Of a DNA stretch of 64,000 nt, positions 37,677 to 49,357 are shown one piece after another. Where the stretch lies: contig CAVZJB010000012.1 of NCBI GenBank assembly GCA_963775425.1, positions 352,001-416,000 on the forward strand, read 5' to 3'. The notes under the pieces are model-generated. The model was not told the origin of the DNA. It worked only from the letters and a program-made list of their open reading frames with translations, and ran no database searches. A program made the position numbers and the translations under genes. Every line of letters begins with the position of its first letter. Position 1 is the first letter of the stretch. This DNA comes from an uncultured delta proteobacterium (GTDB lineage Bacteria > Myxococcota > UBA727 > VGSZ01).

Positions 37677-39158
37677 TCAACGCGCGAAGATCATGACCTG
37701 CTGATCGCGCAGCTCGCCGTTGCGCTCGCAGTCGGGCACCTGGCAGCACGGGTCGGCGCCGTTGAAGCCGCTGTCGGTCACGCCGAACGCGGGGCACTGC
37801 GCGTCGCCGCTGTCGCGCAGGTAGAAGTAGCCGTCGCTGCCGATGCACCCCGCGCGGTTCATCATGAACGCACCGGCGAGGGGAGCGTCGACGCACGCCG
37901 TCCCCACGGACTGAGCCCCGACGTCCTCGACGTCGATGTTCCTGAGCGCCGCGTCGTTCACCTCGACGTCGAAGCTGATGTGGTACTGGTGCGCCCCCGG
38001 CGTGAGGTCGGCGGTGGCCTCGGCGACGAGCAGCTCGCGCGCGGGGACCAGCGTGGAGATGGCGTCGAGGGAGTAGGGCGCGGCGAGGTCGGCGAGGGAG
38101 CCGGCGTCGAACCCCCAGCCAAAGTGCGGCGCGCCGCCGCCGGCGACGGAGCGGCCGAGCAAGGTCCAGCCGCCGTCTTCGACGACCATGTCGCACCACA
38201 CCGTGCGCTCCCCGTCGGCGCCGTCGACGACGGCCTCGCCCGTGGGCAGCGTCGGATCGTCCGCGTGCAGCGAGCGGCACGTGCGGCGCTCGCGCACGAA
38301 GAGGAGCCCCTGTTCGCCGTCGAGGTTGCCGGTGCCGGGGCAGTCGGCGGTGTCGTCGGGGGGCGTGCCGTTGAGCGCCCAGCCGTCAGCGCGCAGGCCG
38401 AAGAAGCTCTCGCAGGAGGGGCTGTCGCGGAAGGCGTAGATGTCGTCGAAGCCGTTGCAGCCGCCGCGGTTGAAAAAGAACGGTTGGCCGCGGTCCTCGT
38501 TGACGTTGCACGAGCTCGCGATCACGCGCGTGGCGCCCACGCGGAGCACCTGCACGTCGGCGGCGCCCGGGCCCCTCAGGTCCCGGTCGTAGCGCACGAC
38601 GTAGACGTCGTCGCCGAGGCCGGCGACGCCCGCGCCGAGGCTCGCCGCGAGGACCTCGTCGGCGCGCCCGAGGGCGGCGCCGCGCGAGTAGGGCTGCGCG
38701 AGGTCGTCCACGCTGCCGGTGGCGTCGTTCCAGCCGAACGGCTGCGCGCCGGGGTCCGCGCCGGGGGCGCTGCGCGCCACCAGGGTCCAGCCGCCGCCGT
38801 CGGTGCTCATGTCGCAAAACGTCGGGACGCCGTGGAGCTCGAAGATGCCGGAGGCGGCGCCGGGGCTCGCGTCGAGCGCCTGCAGGCAGGTGTCGACGTC
38901 GAGGACCTCGCCTTCGCCCTCTCCCTCGCCCTCTCCCTCTCCCTCTCCTTCACCTTCGCCTTCTCCCCCTCCTTCGCCCTCGCCCTCTCCTTCGCCCTCT
39001 CCTGCGCCGGCGCCGCCGCAGACGCCGGCGACGCAGCGCTTCTCCGGCGGGCACTGCGCGTCGTCGTCACAGGCGAGCCCGAGGCCGAACAGGCGGCACG
39101 ACGGCGCGCCCGCGAGGAGCGAGACCGCGAGCGCGAGGAGCGGCGGCGGGCGGCGCAT
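37677..39158 (-). CDS. Lipoprotein with Cys module, (GE)n linker and two fibrinogen-like domains
   Basis: APSC lipobox-like; CDDDAQCPPEKRCVAGVC; GE repeat; FCDMSTDGGGWTLV and WCDMVVEDGGWTLL. Confidence 0.8.
   Translation of the reverse strand: MRRPPPLLALAVSLLAGAPSCRLFGLGLACDDDAQCPPEKRCVAGVCGGAGAGEGEGEGEGEGGGEGEGEGEGEGEGEGEGEGEVLDVDTCLQALDASPGAASGIFELHGVPTFCDMSTDGGGWTLVARSAPGADPGAQPFGWNDATGSVDDLAQPYSRGAALGRADEVLAASLGAGVAGLGDDVYVVRYDRDLRGPGAADVQVLRVGATRVIASSCNVNEDRGQPFFFNRGGCNGFDDIYAFRDSPSCESFFGLRADGWALNGTPPDDTADCPGTGNLDGEQGLLFVRERRTCRSLHADDPTLPTGEAVVDGADGERTVWCDMVVEDGGWTLLGRSVAGGGAPHFGWGFDAGSLADLAAPYSLDAISTLVPARELLVAEATADLTPGAHQYHISFDVEVNDAALRNIDVEDVGAQSVGTACVDAPLAGAFMMNRAGCIGSDGYFYLRDSGDAQCPAFGVTDSGFNGADPCCQVPDCERNGELRDQQVMIFAR
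38907..39003 (-). repeat. (Gly-Glu)n coding repeat
   Basis: Hexamer repeat encoding GEGEGE… with synonymous variation. Confidence 0.9.
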
Positions 39159-39186
39159 GCTCGAACGATAGCGCGTCCGCGCCGGG

Positions 39187-39711
39187 CTAACGGCGGGTGG
39201 CCTTGAACGCGCCATCCGTGAACGACAGGGTCGAAGCGCCGTCGCCGCTCACCATGTCGAAGGCGAACCGGCCCGTGAGGATGTCGCCGTCGACACCGAG
39301 GAGCAGCACGTCGCCGGTGTGCGCGTCGTCGGTGATGAAGCTGCCGCCCTCGAGGAGGTTGGCCGCGCCGCTCTTGTCGCTGCGCGAGGCCTGCGGCACG
39401 CAGATGGGGAACGCGCCGTCGCCGACCAGGGTGTCGAGGTCGGTGCCCGTCTCGTCCACGGCGATGACCATGTCGAGCACACCGACGTCGACGCTGGCGT
39501 TGCTGCCCGGCCCCCAACTGGCGGTCCCGTCGAACGCGGCGCCGTCGGAGCGGGTGGCGGTGCCCTTGCCGTCGGCGACGTCGGGCGGGTCCGTCGAGAG
39601 CCCGCCACAGTCGACGGCCTTCGGGCAGCCGGCGGTGAGGCCGGCAGTCACGAGCGCCGCCGCCCCGAGCGCCGCGCGGACGAAGGACGAGGTGCGCAGC
39701 GCGGGGCTCAT
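39187..39711 (-). CDS. Hypothetical lipoprotein
   Basis: ATGA overlap; signal peptide ending LTAGC; beta-rich mature part. Confidence 0.7.
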   Translation of the reverse strand: MSPALRTSSFVRAALGAAALVTAGLTAGCPKAVDCGGLSTDPPDVADGKGTATRSDGAAFDGTASWGPGSNASVDVGVLDMVIAVDETGTDLDTLVGDGAFPICVPQASRSDKSGAANLLEGGSFITDDAHTGDVLLLGVDGDILTGRFAFDMVSGDGASTLSFTDGAFKATRR

Positions 39712-40340
39712 TCGGCCACCGGGAGGCAGCCGACGTTCGACTGGCCGCCGAGGTTCAACAGGATGCCCGCGCGCGCGCCGATGGTGGCGCCGCAGACGCT
39801 GTCGATGTCGACCTCGTTGTCGGTGCCGCTCGAGATGGTCTGCGTGATGTTGCCGCCGCCGACGACGAGCTCGACGAAGCCGTTGGTGATCGGCTGCGGA
39901 TCGCGTTGGAAGTACGTGAAGCTGACGTTGCTGTAGCAGCCGTCGCCGATGGGCGTGGCGCGGACGTCGAAGATCACCGGGCCGGCGGCCTCGCGCGGCT
40001 GCCCCTGGACGTCGGGGTCGTCGGTGCAGTCGGCTGTGTCGTCGTCGGCGGGCGGCAGGCAGGCGCCGGCCTCGAGGAAGGTGCCGTCGAGGTCGCACAG
40101 GCCGTTGTCGCAGTCGGCGTCGCTGCTGCAGCCGCCGTCGACGCCGCGCCCGGTGCGTCCGTCGCCGGCGGTCTCCTGGCACGAGCCGGCGACGCAGAAG
40201 GGCAGCGCGTCGGGGCAGTCGCCGTCGTCGGCGCAGTTGATGGTGCCGAACAGCTCGCAGCCACCCGCCCCGAGGACGACGACGGCGGCGGCGGCCGCGG
40301 TGAGGCAGGACGACAGGGGGGACCGTGCGGGCGAGGGCAT
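39708..40340 (-). CDS. Cys-rich lipoprotein
   Basis: AGGC lipobox-like; CADDGDCPDALPFCVAGSC and CSSDADCDNGLC modules. Confidence 0.7.
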   Translation of the reverse strand: MPSPARSPLSSCLTAAAAAVVVLGAGGCELFGTINCADDGDCPDALPFCVAGSCQETAGDGRTGRGVDGGCSSDADCDNGLCDLDGTFLEAGACLPPADDDTADCTDDPDVQGQPREAAGPVIFDVRATPIGDGCYSNVSFTYFQRDPQPITNGFVELVVGGGNITQTISSGTDNEVDIDSVCGATIGARAGILLNLGGQSNVGCLPVAE

Positions 40341-40345
40341 GTGCG

Positions 40346-41128
40346 TTACTCCACGAGGAAACCGACGAGCGTGACGGCGGCGCCGACGGCGGCGACGCCG
40401 CCGGACACGAGGGTGGCGGTGAGATAGCCGGGGCCGTTTTGTAGCGCGGCTTGCTTGTCGGCGCCCGTCGCGCGCGGGTTGCGCACGGTGTCGTCGGCCA
40501 CGAACGTGGCGAGCCCGAAGGCGCCGGCGGCGACCGCGCCCGCGGCGAGCACGACGCCCCCGGCCACGGTCACGAAGGGGAAGCCCGGCGGCGGCGTCGT
40601 CGGCGGCGGCGGCGGCGGCGCGGGCTTGCCGAACACGCGCGCGGCCGCGGCCGGCATCTCGGCGGCGGCGCGCTCGACGCTGTCCACCCGGAAGCTGTCG
40701 CGGCCGACGGAGCGAGCGTCCTCGGGATCGACGAGGGAGACGCTCACCACGTAGCTCGACCCGAGGTGCGCCACGCTCGCGTAGAGCACACGGTCGGCGC
40801 CGAGGGCGGCGCCGATCTCGGCCAGGCAGTCGCTGCCGCCGTCGCAGCCCGTGGCCTGCTTTTGCGCCTCCACGTCGAGGACGCGGCGCATGTCCTCGGA
40901 CGAGATGACCTCCACGCCCTTGCGCTTTTGCACGGCCGCCGCGAGCTGGTCGCGCAGCGCGCCCGCCTCCTCACCGCTCAACGACGGGCCCGCGACATCG
41001 AGGACGAGGATCTTCGTCACGCGCGTGGCCGCGGCGGTTGTCCCGGCGGCCGTACCGGCGGCTGTCCCGGCGGCGGCGGGGCCCGCGGCGGTCACCCCGA
41101 GGGCGAGGACGAGGAGGGCGGGCGACAT
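40346..41128 (-). CDS. Exported protein with Cys pair and two C-terminal hydrophobic helices (same family as 36810..37646)
   Basis: Signal peptide; KILVLDV…CDGGSDCLAEIGAALGADRVLYASV; Pro linker; ends …TLVGFLVE*. Confidence 0.75.
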   Translation of the reverse strand: MSPALLVLALGVTAAGPAAAGTAAGTAAGTTAAATRVTKILVLDVAGPSLSGEEAGALRDQLAAAVQKRKGVEVISSEDMRRVLDVEAQKQATGCDGGSDCLAEIGAALGADRVLYASVAHLGSSYVVSVSLVDPEDARSVGRDSFRVDSVERAAAEMPAAAARVFGKPAPPPPPPTTPPPGFPFVTVAGGVVLAAGAVAAGAFGLATFVADDTVRNPRATGADKQAALQNGPGYLTATLVSGGVAAVGAAVTLVGFLVE

Positions 41129-41228
41129 ACGCGGGCGCTTTCGGGTGTGCGTGCGCATCCCGCAACGGGGCACCTTGTGATGCCGGAACACCTTGACGGC
41201 CGCGGCCCGAGTGACGATGACTATCCGG

Positions 41229-41540
41229 ATGGCAACCGCGCCGTTGCTCCTGCTGTTCGTCGCCGTGGCCCCCCGGGTCGACGCCGACCTCGCGCAGGCT
41301 CCCAGCGTGCTCTTGCCCGTGAGCGAGGCCGCCGTCGTCGTCGCGCGCGCCGGCGCTCCGTCGTTGCCGTTGCTCGTGGCCTCTCCGTCGGCGTGGGCCG
41401 ACGTCGCCGTCCCCGCTGCGAAGGCCGCGCGGCCGCCCCGGGCGGTGGTCATCCCGCCGCTCGTCCCCGCCGCCGAGCCGGCGCCCGCCGTGGCGCCGCG
41501 CCGGGAGCCGGGCGCGGCGCGCGGCCCGCCCGCGGCCTAG
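41229..41540 (+). CDS. Candidate SecM-like translation-arrest leader peptide upstream of secA
   Basis: N-terminal hydrophobic stretch (PLLLLFVAVA); ends RGPPAA*; 78 nt before secA. Alternative ATG at 41217. Confidence 0.65.
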   Translation: MATAPLLLLFVAVAPRVDADLAQAPSVLLPVSEAAVVVARAGAPSLPLLVASPSAWADVAVPAAKAARPPRAVVIPPLVPAAEPAPAVAPRREPGAARGPPAA

Positions 41541-41618
41541 CCCCGAGCCCCTCTTCTCCCTCCTCTCGCCGCCGCGGCCCGAAAGCGCGGGCGGCGCCCC
41601 TCTTCTCCGGAATTTCCC

Positions 41619-44834
<3,216 letters not shown>

Positions 44835-44977
44835 TTTCGCGGCGGTCGCGCGCGCCGCCCGGCTCGTCCGTCCGTGGCAGGCGGCCCGTCTGTCCGCCGG
44901 GGCCCGCCGCCGGGGTCCGCCGCCCGGGAGGGGATCACCCCGTTGTCAGCCGCGGCGGGTGTGCGCAGGATGTCTCC

Positions 44978-45358
44978 GTGTCCCTGAACGACGACATCAT
45001 GTTCCGCGCCCTCAACCAGCTCGTCGCGGGCCTGCTCAGGGCGGTGGGCCTGCGCAAGAAGGAAGACCTGCCGGCCGCGGAGGAGGCGCTCGCCGAGGGC
45101 CTCAAGTCGCTCGGCCTCACGCTCGACCTCGCCAAGACCATGCAGGCGTCGATGATGAGGGACCTCGTGAAGGACCCGGTGCGGCGCGCGCTCCTCGGCA
45201 GCACCCTCTGCGAGCTCGCCCAGATCGCGCTCCAGCGCGGCGACGAGGCCGCCGCGGACCGCCTCGACGACGCCGCGACCGAGCTGTTCATGGACGTCGA
45301 CGTCGCGCAGCTCCCCGAGCAGGTGCGGGACGTGCTCCCGCCCGACATGCGAGAGTGA
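44978..45358 (+). CDS. Small helical hypothetical protein
   Basis: AGGA upstream of GTG 44978; coherent GC3-rich frame (DDIMFRALNQLVAGLLRAVGLRK…). Confidence 0.6.
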   Translation: MSLNDDIMFRALNQLVAGLLRAVGLRKKEDLPAAEEALAEGLKSLGLTLDLAKTMQASMMRDLVKDPVRRALLGSTLCELAQIALQRGDEAAADRLDDAATELFMDVDVAQLPEQVRDVLPPDMRE

Positions 45359-45359
45359 C

Positions 45360-46856
45360 GTGGTGGCCGCGCGGCGCACCGAGACGGAGACCCGCACGGA
45401 GACCCGCACGGAGACCCGCACGGAGTCGGACGCCGTCCGGCGCACCCCCGACGTCGTCGACGGGACGCTCGACGACAAGGCCGCCGCCGAGCTCCAGAAG
45501 GCCATCGAGGCGAGCGCCGTCGACCCGCGGCTGTGGACGGGCGCCTTCGCCACCAACGTGTGGGGCGGCCGCTTCGCGGTGAACGGCGTCCTCGGCGAGG
45601 GCGCGCAGGGCACCACGTTCTCCGGCACGGATCTGAAGACCGGGGCGCGCGTGGCGCTCAAGGTGTTCGACCTCGGGCGCGCCAGGGACTGGAAGGCGCA
45701 GGAGCTCTTCGACCGCGAGGTGCAGACGCTCAAGTCGCTCTCGCACCCCGGCATCCCCCAGCTCCTCGACGTCATCGTCGACGAGGACACCGGCGCCCGC
45801 GCCCTCGTGCGCACCCTCATCCCCGGCGAGTCGCTCGCGGACGCGCTCAAGCGCGAGGGGCCCATGCGCGAGGCGGCGCTGTGGAGCGTGCTCGTCGACG
45901 CCGCCGACGTCCTCGGCGCGCTCCACGGGCGCCCCTCGCCCATCGTCCACCGCGACATCAAGCCCTCGAACCTGATCCGGCGCCCCGACGGCAAGGTGTG
46001 CCTCGTCGACTTCGGCGGCGTCGGGCGCATGCGCGAGGCCGCCGGCTCCACCGTCGTCGGCACCTTCGGCTACATGGCGCCCGAGCAGCTCTACGGCGCG
46101 CAGACCCCCGCCACGGACATGTACTCGCTCGGAGCCACGCTGCTCGCGCTCGCCACGGGCAAGGAGCCCGAGGAGCTGCCGCGCGACGGCCTCGCGCTCG
46201 ACGTCGACAACGCCGCGCCCGCGCTGTCGCCGGCGCTGCGCGGGCTGTTGAAGAAGCTGGTGGCGCCGGATCCCAAGGACCGCCCGCAGACGGCGGCGCA
46301 CCTGCTCGGCGAGCTGAAGACCATCGCGGAGCGCGACCGCGGGCAAGACGGCGGGCGCGAGCCCGATCGCGCGCCGCTCGTCGAGGATTGGCGCAAGGGC
46401 GCCGACCCCTTCTACGTCCACGGCGACACCGGCGACGTCTTCGTCGGCATCGTCTCGCTCTTCTTCGGGGTGCTCGGGGTGGCCGGCGCCGTCGTCATCG
46501 GGCAGATCCTGCTGCCGCTCATCCTCACGGTGCTGGCGGGGCTGTCGAACCCCGAGCAGCGCGCCCGCCTGCTGCGCGCCCGCACCCGGGTCGTCGACGC
46601 CGCCCGCTTCGCGCGGGGCAGCTTCCAGACGTCCGCGGAGCACGGCGCGCGCAAGCTCGAGGAGCTGAGCAGCCGCGACCACGAGCGGCGTCGGCACAAA
46701 AAGCAGCAGCGGCGCGACCAGATCCGCGCCTGGCGCGAGGAGGAGCGGCGCATGCGCGAGGCCGCGCGCGAGATGCGCAAGCAGATCCAGCGCGACGTCC
46801 GCAAGCAGATCAAGCGCGACGTCCGCCGCCGGCGTCACGACAAGTTCTGGATGTAG
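45360..46856 (+). CDS. Ser/Thr kinase with TM segment and basic helical C-tail
   Basis: GEGAQGTT, VALK, HRDIKPSN, DFG, GTFGYMAPE; hydrophobic segment; Arg/Lys-rich tail. Confidence 0.85.
   Translation: MVAARRTETETRTETRTETRTESDAVRRTPDVVDGTLDDKAAAELQKAIEASAVDPRLWTGAFATNVWGGRFAVNGVLGEGAQGTTFSGTDLKTGARVALKVFDLGRARDWKAQELFDREVQTLKSLSHPGIPQLLDVIVDEDTGARALVRTLIPGESLADALKREGPMREAALWSVLVDAADVLGALHGRPSPIVHRDIKPSNLIRRPDGKVCLVDFGGVGRMREAAGSTVVGTFGYMAPEQLYGAQTPATDMYSLGATLLALATGKEPEELPRDGLALDVDNAAPALSPALRGLLKKLVAPDPKDRPQTAAHLLGELKTIAERDRGQDGGREPDRAPLVEDWRKGADPFYVHGDTGDVFVGIVSLFFGVLGVAGAVVIGQILLPLILTVLAGLSNPEQRARLLRARTRVVDAARFARGSFQTSAEHGARKLEELSSRDHERRRHKKQQRRDQIRAWREEERRMREAAREMRKQIQRDVRKQIKRDVRRRRHDKFWM
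45387..45422 (+). repeat. 12-bp tandem repeat GAGACCCGCACG x3 (ETRT)
   Basis: Three exact copies at the kinase N-terminus. Confidence 0.85.
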
Positions 46857-46911
46857 GTCTCGTCGGCGGCGGCCGGTTGACGCGGACGGCGCAAATGGCA
46901 ATGCCAAGGCC

Positions 46912-47589
46912 ATGTCCGCCTGGATCTTCAAGAACAAGGTCGTCTGGCTCGTCGGCTGGATCGTGCTGATGGTCGGCCTCGACCAGGGGACCAAGCTCTG
47001 GGCCCAGGGTGCGCTGGCCGAGCCCCGCGTCGAGGTGCGGCCGCACGAGTCGGCAGACCCGAGCGGCGAGGGGACCAAGCGGGTGGACGAGCGCGTCGAG
47101 CAGTACGTCGGCGTGCACACCAAGGAGGTCGTCCCGGGCCTCTTCAACCTCAAGTACGCCGAGAACCGCGCGGCCGCGTTCAGCCTCACGCAGAGCATCC
47201 CCGAGGGCGCGCGGCGGCCGCTCCTGTTGTTCGTGAGCATCGCGGCCTGCGCGCTGATCGCTGCCTGGTACATGAAGCTCAAGGTGGCCGACGGCCTGTT
47301 GATGACCAGCTTCGCGCTCATCATCGCCGGCGCCCTCGGCAACTTCCTCGACCGGGCCCGCCTCGGCTACGTCATCGACTTCCTCGACTTCTACATCGCC
47401 AACGCGTCCATCGCGTCCTGGCTGCGGGCGCCCCACGTGGTGCCCGTGCTCGGCTTCGTCGTGCGCCTCTCCGATCACTGGCCCACGTTCAACGTCGCCG
47501 ACAGTTGCATCGTGTCAGGAGCCATCGGCGTGGTCCTGCGCACGCTTCGGCCGCTGCCGGCGGAGAAGTCGTCGCCGTCGTCGACCTGA
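46912..47589 (+). CDS. lspA: Lipoprotein signal peptidase II
   Basis: LDQGTK, NRAAAFS, GALGNFLDR, VIDFLD, WPTFNVADSCI. Confidence 0.93.
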   Translation: MSAWIFKNKVVWLVGWIVLMVGLDQGTKLWAQGALAEPRVEVRPHESADPSGEGTKRVDERVEQYVGVHTKEVVPGLFNLKYAENRAAAFSLTQSIPEGARRPLLLFVSIAACALIAAWYMKLKVADGLLMTSFALIIAGALGNFLDRARLGYVIDFLDFYIANASIASWLRAPHVVPVLGFVVRLSDHWPTFNVADSCIVSGAIGVVLRTLRPLPAEKSSPSST

Positions 47590-47598
47590 GGGGGAGCC

Positions 47599-47901
47599 AT
47601 GTATCTCGCGCGCGTCATCGGCACCGTCGTCGCCACCAGGAAGGCCCAGGACATGAGCGGCCTCAAGCTGCTCGTGGTGGAGCCGGTCGACGGGCGTACG
47701 CGCGAGAGGAACGGCGAGGTCCACGTCGCCATCGACACCGCGCAGGCGGGCGAGGGTGACCTCGTGACGTGCGTCGGGTCGCGCGAAGCCGCGCTCTCGG
47801 TGCAGCCGAGCTTCGTCCCCGTGGACGCGTCCATCATCGGCATCGTGGACCGGGCCGACTTCGTGCCCGCCGGCGTGCCCGCCGCCGGAGCGCGTACGTG
47901 A
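47599..47901 (+). CDS. Microcompartment pentamer (EutN/CcmL family, BMC-P)
   Basis: MYLARVIGTVVATRK…VAIDTAQAGEGDLV…PVDASIIGIVD; SD GGGGAG. Confidence 0.9.
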   Translation: MYLARVIGTVVATRKAQDMSGLKLLVVEPVDGRTRERNGEVHVAIDTAQAGEGDLVTCVGSREAALSVQPSFVPVDASIIGIVDRADFVPAGVPAAGART

Positions 47902-48227
47902 TCCTCGCCGAGGTCGTGGGCACCGTGGTGATGACCGTGAAGCACCCCGCGTACGACGGGGAGAAGCTGCTCGCCGTGCAACCGCTCGACGACAAGGGCG
48001 CCGCCGCGGGCACCGTCATCCTGGCCGTGGACCGCGCGCAGGCCGGCGTCGGCGATCGAGTGCTGGTGATGCGCGAGGGCAACGGCATCCGGCAGATCGT
48101 CGGGCGCGAGCAGGGCAAGGGCGTCGACGAGGCCGTGAAGATGGACTGGCCGGTGCGCTCGATGATCGTGGGCATCGTCGACGAGGTCGACGTGCCCGCC
48201 GGCGGCGCCGCGAAGGGCCGCGCGTGA
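47898..48227 (+). CDS. Second microcompartment pentamer (EutN/CcmL family, BMC-P)
   Basis: GTGA overlap; ILAEVVGTVVMTVKH…LAVDRAQAGVGDRVLV…PVRSMIVGIVD. Confidence 0.9.
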   Translation: MILAEVVGTVVMTVKHPAYDGEKLLAVQPLDDKGAAAGTVILAVDRAQAGVGDRVLVMREGNGIRQIVGREQGKGVDEAVKMDWPVRSMIVGIVDEVDVPAGGAAKGRA

Positions 48228-48886
48228 GCCCGTCGCAGCAGCGCGCGGTGGCGGAGGCGGCGAGGCACCTGCACGCGGCGGGCTGGGTGGCCAACCACGA
48301 CGGCAACGTCTCGGTGCGGCTCGCGGACAAGAAGCGCTTCATGGCCACGCCCACGGCGACGTCCAAGCGCGTGGTCGAGGCCCACGACGTCATCACCGTC
48401 GACGTCGAGGGCAAGGTGCTCTCGGGGCGGAAGAAGCTCTTCGGCGAGTGGCACCTGCACGCCGCCTGCTACAAGGCGCGCGCCGACGTCTGCGCCGTGA
48501 TCCACGCGCACCCGCCGCACGCCACGGCGTTCGGGGTGGCGCGCAAGCCGCTCGGGCCGCCGCCGTTGCCCGAGATGGTGGTGAGCCTCGGGGCGAACGT
48601 GCCGCTCATCGACTACGCGCCGCCGAAGTCCCCGGGGCAGGACGCGGCCCTCATGAAGGCGCTCACCGACGGCGACGCGGACGTCGTCATCCTCGCGGCC
48701 AACGGCGTCGTCGCCGTCGGCGTGGACCTCGAGCAGGCCCTGTTGCGCGTGGAGCTCGTCGAGCACTGGGCGAAGATCCTCGTTGCCTCCGCCCCCCTCG
48801 GCGGCGCCCAGCCGCTGCCCGCGGCGGACGTGCGGAAGCTCCTCGACGCCCGCACCCGCGCCGGCCTCGGAAGAGCCGCGCGCTGA
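48224..48886 (+). CDS. Class II aldolase/adducin family (fuculose-1-P aldolase-like)
   Basis: DGNVSVR, TPT, EWHLHAACY, AVIHAHPPHATAF, ANGVVAVG; GTGA overlap. Confidence 0.85.
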   Translation: MSPSQQRAVAEAARHLHAAGWVANHDGNVSVRLADKKRFMATPTATSKRVVEAHDVITVDVEGKVLSGRKKLFGEWHLHAACYKARADVCAVIHAHPPHATAFGVARKPLGPPPLPEMVVSLGANVPLIDYAPPKSPGQDAALMKALTDGDADVVILAANGVVAVGVDLEQALLRVELVEHWAKILVASAPLGGAQPLPAADVRKLLDARTRAGLGRAAR

Positions 48887-48927
48887 ATCTAGCGGCGTGA
48901 CCACGACGGTGTGCCCCGCCGTGAGTG

Positions 48928-49353
48928 TCTACGCCGCGCGCCTTCGGCGCATCGGCGCCGCCCCTCGCGTCCGAGCCGCTCGCGTCATGCCGCGCCGGTC
49001 TGCCCGGAACGCGAGGGCGGCGCCGTCGACGGGGTCGTCCCTCTCTGCGCGCGCCACGAGGGCGCGCCCTACGGCAGCGCCGGTGGCGTCGACGTGTGGG
49101 GCCCCGTGTGAGAGGGCGGCGCCGTCGACGGGGTCGTCCCTCTCTGCGCGCGCCACCCCCCTACGACCGCGCCGGTGGCGTCGACGCGTGGTGGCGCGTG
49201 GTTCGGCGCGGGTGGTGTACGCGATGAGGCCGTCTGTCCGGCCGGCAAGCCGATGCGGAAGCGCCGAAGGCGCAAGCGGCGTAGAAATTCGTGGCGGCCA
49301 CAACGCCGTGCGGATCGACAAACGCCCTACCGCCGCGAATTTCGTCACGCCGC
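48928..49353. repeat. REP/BIME-like palindromic repeat cluster between convergent genes
   Basis: Exact 45-bp direct repeat at 49013-49057 and 49112-49156; minus-strand GTAG-GGCGCGCC-ctcgt-GGCGCGC hairpin; imperfect outer inverted repeats at 48928-48960 and about 49240-49285; stem 49276-49297/49330-49353. Confidence 0.7.
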
Positions 49354-49357
49354 AAAT

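Noticed and set aside
41193-41222. TTGACG -35 box before the secA leader (also at about 46877 before lspA)
   Set aside because: No convincing -10 at 16-18 bp spacing.
49013-49190. Possible CRISPR array from the 45-bp direct repeats
   Set aside because: Only two copies, the intervening sequences resemble each other, and there are no cas genes; fits REP-like repeats better.
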